From the human T2T-CHM13v2.0 reference genome, Homo sapiens: DNA of 64,000 nt. The translations under genes and the position numbers were made by a program. Numbering within the stretch: the stretch's first letter is position 1; each line of letters starts with the position of its first letter. The notes beneath the pieces are model-generated. The model made no database searches, was not told the origin of the DNA, and was given only the letters and a program-made list of their open reading frames with translations. The stretch lies in the NCBI RefSeq assembly GCF_009914755.1, contig NC_060926.1; one strand, given 5' to 3'. Of the stretch, positions 57,674 to 64,000 are shown in pieces.

Positions 57674-57799
57674 AAGCCTCAAACTCCTGGGCTCAAGCGA
57701 TCCTCTCACCTCAGCCTCCTGAGTAGCTGTTACTACAGTTGTGTGCGACCACACCACACTAATTTTTAAATTTTGTGTAGAGACCAAATCTCACTGTGT
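57674..57799 (-). mobile_element. AluJ internal fragment
   Basis: gcctcaaactcctgggctcaagcgatcc...taatttttaaattttgtgtagagac. Confidence 0.82.
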
Positions 57800-58149
57800 A
57801 ATGGTTTTTCTTTTTAAAGTCTTGGTGCCACCAGGCCTGGAGCACTCCACGCTCCAGGAATCCTAGATTGGTAAGGAATTAATCCATTGGTTACACTTGC
57901 CTCAACCTATTGTTCTCTCAAGTCTCCAGCCTCACAAACTGTATCAGTAGTTGATTGGGTCTCTGCCTCCTCTTTGGGCGTCAGGTTTCAGGTGTATGGC
58001 TTGAAATGAGCTTACTTCTTAATAAATCACCCTTCTTCTCATTGACACCTCACCCTAGCTCCAAAACCTGCTCTCCCCTGTGATCTGCCCCACTACTGAT
58101 AAGCTCTCTGCTGGCACTAACTTTAGGTCATTCTCCAGGCCATATGGAC

Positions 58150-58930
58150 ATGGCATTCCAGGAAAAGGGGAGATGTGAGCTGGGGGCACGTGAGTGTAGA
58201 CTAGCACAGTGTGTCCAGGTAATGGCATGGGTTAGTGTGATTGGAGCTAAGGTCTGTGCAGGGGGCATAGGAGGACACTAGGCTAAGAAGGAAAGTTTGG
58301 CCCAGATTGAATGGGCCTTCTCATTACATTAGACTTGATCCAGTACTCAGTGCAGAGCCACTAACAGGTTTAGGGGAGGTGAGTGAGTTAACCCTATTCC
58401 TGTTTTAGGAAGAGGACTTCAGTGTAGGCATGAAGGGGTACTGGAGGATGAGACTGCAGGAGACAGGGCAGCTCTTTACAGGAGGTTTGCCTTAATCCAA
58501 CAGAAAATAGTAAAGGGTGGACTCAGACCTGGCAGTGGAATGAAGAGATAAGGAAGATGGGAGAGATTGTTTCAGAAATAAAACTGATACAACGTTTTGA
58601 TTAATTGGATGTAAGTTAGAAGGAGCAGGGAAAGTCAAAGTAGAGGTCTTCTTAAACATATATGGAGAAGTTTGTGCCAGTAACTGAGTGAGAAATAGAA
58701 AAGGTAAAGCAGGTTGGGGAGAAGAAGATCAGTTCTGTTCTAAACATGCTGTTTGAGGCCTGAAAGGAGAAGCTAAATGCGTATCAGATAGACAGGAGAA
58801 GCTCTGGGAGTTAGTCATAGAATTTACAAGAAACATCAAGAGTTGTTGCAGATTGGTCCAAGTCAAACCAAAGAGGAAACTGAACTTAGAGAGTGAGAGA
58901 AAGGTAGCAGGACTTAAGGATGTGATAAAT
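58150..58930 (-). mobile_element. L2 fragment
   Basis: ggcattccagg, gagccact...ggttt, cagttctgttctaaacatgctgtttgagg typical of reverse L2. Confidence 0.6.
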
Positions 58931-58984
58931 AACTGGCTTTCAACACTCACCGAACATCTAAGTCACTTGGGAGGCTTTAGAATA

Positions 58985-59160
58985 TTAGTAATTTCATTGA
59001 GATACAATTTATATAGCACAGAATTCACCTGTTTAAACTTTAGAATTCACGGTTTTTAGTATATTCAAAATTGTGCAACCATCACCACCACTTAATTTTA
59101 GAAGATTTTTGTCACCCCAAAAAGAAACCCTATGTCCATCAGCCATCACTCCCTATTCCC
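58985..59160 (-). mobile_element. L1MB-like 3' end fragment
   Basis: attgagatacaattta...ttgtgcaaccatcaccac...caccccaaaaagaaaccc. Confidence 0.78.
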
Positions 59161-59621
59161 CGCAATGAACTTAAAAAAGAAGAAGGTTGCTACTGGAAGG
59201 GTATGGTAAAGCTCACAGTCTCACAAAGAGCTGAATTACCAGGCCTTAGGAAGAGCAGAAAATACTCCAGCTCCGGGAGTCCCAGCAGAAGAAACTGAGA
59301 GGCTTTTTCTTCCCAGTGATGCTGATTGATGACTCAGCATTCACGTCTTCTCTCCTATGTGTCTCTGCTCAGTGGTCAAATTCCAGAGAAGGAAACTCAA
59401 AACGACCTCTGGTCAGGGAAGCTAGTCAGAGAAATCAAACAACAACAATGAAAAACCAGATGTCTAACCACATTGTTGGTCTGGAGAAAGCTGCATCTGC
59501 GAAGACTCTATATTGTCTCCAGTTGAGAGTGAATGTAAAGTGAGGAAACAGTACATGAAGGCTTACTCTTCAACAAGTCTATACCAAGGGAAAAAGAAGT
59601 AAAGCAATTGTGCACAGTGAC

Positions 59622-59838
59622 GTCCTGGGCTGAAATATTTCTCCCACCCCAGCCTTCTGAGTAGTTGGGACTACAGGTGCACACCACCACACCTGGCTAA
59701 TTTTTTTAAAAAATATTTTTTGTAGAGATAGGGTCTCCCTATGTTTCCCAGGCTGGTCTTGAACCCCTGGATTCAAGTGATTCTCCTGCCTTGACCTCTC
59801 AAAGTGCTGGGATTACAGGTGTGAGCCATTGTGCCTGA
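59622..59838 (-). mobile_element. AluJ lacking its 3' end and tail
   Basis: Left arm, linker and half of right arm only. Confidence 0.85.
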
Positions 59839-60710
59839 TATTTGTTTGTTTTTAAGATATGATGTCCTTGAATATGTTCATAGGCAGGGAGACCTGGGGG
59901 AGAGGGGAGGGAATTAATGGAGCAAGTTACAGAAGAAGGCAGGTAGGGCTGATATTAGGGGCAGAGGAGGAGGGGTTAGCTTTGGAATGTAGGAGGCACA
60001 CTTTTCCAAATAGATGGAGATTTGCAGGGTAAGGGGAAAGGAGGGATCTGCAAACTGATGGCCTGTATTTCTCAGGGAAATAAAAGACAAAGTGATGTGT
60101 AGATTGAGGGTCCAGGGAGTGAGGACTTGAGGTGAGTGGTGAGTCTGTGACTCCTGCTGCAGGGTCAGGTTCACTAACGGCAGCAGAGCAGTGGAGTGGT
60201 CCAGTCAAGCTTGACGCCAATGGATTGCTTTTTGTTCCTTTTTCCTTCCATTGCTGATTTTTTTTTTCTTTACATTTTAATGTTTATTTATCTCTCTCTC
60301 AGAGAGTGAACTAGAGAAAAAAAAAAAGGGAAAGCAAATGTTAGAGGTTAAACTGAATGGACCACATCATAAAGTTTCTGCTCAAGCTTTGGTGGGGTGA
60401 GGATGAAGCGGACACAAAAATAGCTTGTTATTATTGGACTCCACTTACCCTTGTTTCTCCATCATAACCTCTAGTCCACGGATGTTGGTTTGTCTTACTA
60501 CTCTAGAGGACTTGGAGCCCTTGGTTCAGAAGATGAGGCAAGAGTGCAGTAGCTTCCTTCAGGTGTAACTTTACTGCACAAGGGTGCACCAAATAGGCAG
60601 CACCTGAGTACCTGGTACCACCAAGGTTGTTCCAAGGAAGGTAGTTTATATCACTTCAAGGCAGGGTTGTTGGGACAACCAAGCAAAAATGGCTTAAAGA
60701 CTATACTTAC

Positions 60711-60892
60711 CTTCCATAACTGCAAGGGGCATCCGTGGCGAACCGAAAGATCTCTCAGTTGAAGACCAGGTGACCCCAGATGAGATGTCAATCAAGATCT
60801 ACCCCCTCTGAGTTCTTTAAAAATGGAACCTCCATTCTTGACTTCATAATGGCTTTATTGCAAACTTCACAGACCTTCCTGCTAGCACAGCG
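60711..60892 (-). other. Candidate non-coding exon
   Basis: Minus-strand acceptor ctcttttttag/C and donor AAG/gtaagt 182 bp apart; all three frames have stops. Confidence 0.3.
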
Positions 60893-60949
60893 CTAAAAAA
60901 GAGCATCATTTCAGACTGCATTCTGATTGGGAGAAACAATCAGGAATTA

Positions 60950-61140
60950 GATTAGGCAGAACTGAGTTAGAACCCCTATCCCACCACTTCCTAACTGGGT
61001 GCCATTGGGCAAATTACTTACTCTCTCAGATCCTATGTCTTTGTATTTAAAGGATAATTTTAAGATGAAATTAAATATCCTGGTGAAAGCATTAAATAAG
61101 GAGTCTGGTACATGTTAGGTGGGCAACAAGTGCTGGAAAT
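60950..61140 (+). mobile_element. MIR SINE
   Basis: ccaccacttcctaactgggtgccattgggcaaattacttactctctc; tctggtacatgttaggtg. Confidence 0.65.
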
Positions 61141-61815
61141 AATGGATCATGATATTTAATTTAAAGTTGTAGGTGGTGGGGGGGTGATTGTTAAAATAAT
61201 GTAAAAGACACTTGTGAAATTTCTCTGTGGATACAGTGTAATACAAATTCAAAGTAAAAAGGAGTTAGTCCCATTACCAGAAAGAATACAAAAACAAGCA
61301 GCAACAAAAGCAACAAACAAAAAACAAAAAGACTCCTGGTAATTCATAAACACAGATGTGTTATCTTAAAGACTGGGATTCAAATTGCCAAGGACATTAT
61401 TTTTTGATAAAGCAGTGCAAGTGAATACGAAAGATATGCAAATACCCCTGTCAAGCAGCTCAGAGCTACCTCCTAGCACTGTCGTCAAACCCTCCGTAAC
61501 TCCCCAGTGCTGTTCCTGCCCTTTCCAGTCTTGTCTTTCACCGACTCCCCTTGACCTTTCAGCTCTGGTGAACTTGGATTCCTAACCTTGCATTTGTTTT
61601 CCCCAGTTCAGCATTCTTAATATTGTCATTCCATATGTGTCTCTCGAAATCCTTCTCCTATCCCTACCTACAACCCTACCAACTTTCTCATCCTTCAAGA
61701 CTTGATCAAATCTCCCCTCCTCTAAAGCCTCCTCAGAATCATCACTTTCTGCTCCGAAATCCCAAGGTACTTCTCTTCTGTAGAACTAATTTGGCCAGCT
61801 AATTAGAGTGGGCAT

Positions 61816-62292
61816 GTGTCATTCTTTTAGGCTGCTCCACATCTGAAGCCCTTTCCTAAGTTTGAGGGAAGCAGAACCTGCCTATGGAAGCTGAAGAAGC
61901 TTGAACATTTTCCCAGCCTCCCCTGCAGTTAAGACAAGGGCACGTGACAGAAGCTGAGCCAATCAGATGCATTCACCCCACTTGGTTGTGGACGCCAGGG
62001 ATGTGGAGAAGCAGAGACCCAGCAGTCCTGAGGCAGTTGAGGGTGATGCCTGTGGAGCTGCGTTTGGTTTCCTGAGTCAATGACGGCAGAAAGTCTAGCA
62101 GTAGTGGCAACTAGGCACACTGATTGGTCTGTGCTCTGTGGTAGGAGTGGCGAAGTCTTCACCAAACTTCATGGTATGATATGGGGCATTACTTATGGCT
62201 ACTTATCCCCAAGACTGATTCTCCAGCTTTGCTGAAGGTTTAGGGCCAAAAATAGGAGATTTCAGCATAGTAACTGCTTAAAATGCAATACA
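61816..62292 (+). mobile_element. Old ERVL LTR (LTR33-like); boundaries approximate
   Basis: ttcccagcctcccctgcag...cacgtgac...gccaatcagatgc motif. Confidence 0.5.
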
Positions 62293-62389
62293 AGACCACT
62301 CTGGGAATTTCTTACTGCTTGTCTTTTTAGAAACTTGCCTCCAGCCGTGGTTAGTGGGCCTTCTTTCTTCCTAGGTCGTGCCCACAGAG

Positions 62390-62960
62390 GAATTTATAGC
62401 AATATTTTTGGATGTTGCAATGTTTGGGAGTCAATGCTGACATTTGGGAGAGAGCAGAGATACTAGTTTTCCTGCAATGTACAGGACAGCCACACACAAT
62501 GAAAAATTATCTGTCATCTCCTGTCGTTTTCAAATGTCCCCAGGTTAAAAAAAACACTGTTTATAATTATCTGAGTCTAGAATCTGACTCTGTTTTACAT
62601 ACAAAGACAAAATATTTGGGACTTTTTGAGGGAAGACTGCATTTGGTTTGGAACTCCCTCAAGGGTCTTTGCTATTTAGAGATGTCACATCTTTAAAGAT
62701 GGCAACAGTGCATGTGGTGTTGTCAAGGCAACACCTGAGGTTCAGAGCTTGAGTGTTACCCTCTTCATTTCCCAGATTCTGTGAGTCCCACAAGCATCTT
62801 ACTCCTTCATTGTGTATTTTGTAGTGTCCTCCTGGCCAAACACTTGTATATGGTAGACATATTTTTATGTATTCCTCAAATTGCTTCCCTTTTATTTCTC
62901 CTTTATATTACCATTAGGAAAGTATATTCAATTTTTTAAGTTCATTTAAATTTTATTTCA
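62390..62960 (+). mobile_element. MER20B-like hAT DNA transposon fossil; boundaries approximate
   Basis: cctgcaatgtacaggacagccacacacaatgaaaaattatc; gtttataattatctgagtctagaatctgactctgttttacat. Confidence 0.5.
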
Positions 62961-64000
62961 AGATAGTCATGGTGACAGTCTAAATTACTTGTTATAAAAA
63001 TGAACAAGTACCATGACCATGACCCTAAAGCCTTCTCTTATTTTCCCACAGTCTTTCAGCCTATCCCCTCCCAAACCTGTTTGTTACTAAAGATCCATCA
63101 GTGTGGAATTTTCAACGTCATTCAATTTTTTAAGATAACATACTTTCCTTCCTGTTAGTTATATACATAAATGCCCTCAGAAAATGACTCTATTCTCACA
63201 ACCATAACATCTTGGGTTAATATTGATTGAAAATTCAATGGCACCTTTCAAATGCTGATGAGAGGGGTTTTAAAACTATCAACTCTCAGGCTCCTGGGAA
63301 CTCAGTTTCTCTCTAAGCTTTATTGGGTGTAAAAAGCATATAGTGAGGCAATCCATACTCTGCTCTAAATGGCCATGTGAGGGAAGAAAGCTTTGCTTTA
63401 TCTCTCTGAATACTTAGAAGGATTTAAATATAAATTAGCACAAGATTTGAAAAAGAGAAAAGAAGTACCATCATACTCTATTTTTTCAGTTACCAATCAT
63501 CAAATTACAGTTGGTGAACTTTTGGGCAGTGTGAGCTACTTGGCCTGATGGTGAGAACACAAAAAGACTCCCCAGGACAAGGTGTCCTCAGCCAGCTCAT
63601 GTGCAGATTGCAGATGGAGCCTCAGTGCCCAGACAACAGTGCCTAAAGGCTTTCTTACTGGTTTCAGGCCTCCTCTTGAATGACAGTCATTCTGAGGATG
63701 ACATTTTAGGGTTAGAATGCTCCTTGACTTTAAAAAACAAACAAACAAACTGAACCTTATCATATTTTACTAGTGGTCCTTGGCTGGTGACAATCTTCGT
63801 ACTACATGTTTTTGCTGGAAATCAAAGTGCGTTAGTCAAATGCCCTTTCAAAACCCTATTATCTCAGCATGCAAAGCCAGCATCTGAGGATTTTCCACAT
63901 TGAATCGACCGGTGTGTACTAAAAGATGTATGTATAGAAAAGGGGAGCTATGGTTTTAAAGAAGACTGAGTTTTCATCATTTTGAAACTGTATAAATTAA

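Overview
Primate (catarrhine-type, probably human/ape: AluY, L1PA5-7 and THE1 present) genomic DNA, AT-rich and dominated by transposable elements. No intact protein-coding gene, tRNA, rRNA or CRISPR array is supported; nearly every ORF in the supplied track is a broken L1 ORF1/ORF2 piece, an Alu or LTR reading frame, or noise. Main content: four near-full-length decayed L1s with different 5' UTR lineages (L1MA2/3-like 2.9-10.1 kb; L1PB1-like nested in a truncated L1MA4/5-like 13.1-22.5 kb; L1PA15/16-like 28.9-33.7 kb; L1PA7/8-like 38.5-45.3 kb), a decayed Hsmar2 mariner split by a 7-kb insertion, a complete THE1 provirus, several solo LTRs (MLT1, MST, MLT2, MER41, THE1, LTR33-like), about 17 Alus or Alu fragments, and MIR/L2/MER fossils. 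I did not find a new biological system. The best observations are structural or regulatory: an L1 plus Alu right arm bracketed by one 14-bp duplication inside Hsmar2 (possible 3' transduction), a four-tier nested insertion, an L1 ORF0-like antisense ORF, a perfect RFX X-box in a MER41 LTR, a pristine solo Hsmar1 TIR, several fold-back or templated-insertion scars, and a candidate non-coding exon on the minus strand. Subfamily calls come from remembered consensus diagnostics and need RepeatMasker/Dfam confirmation.
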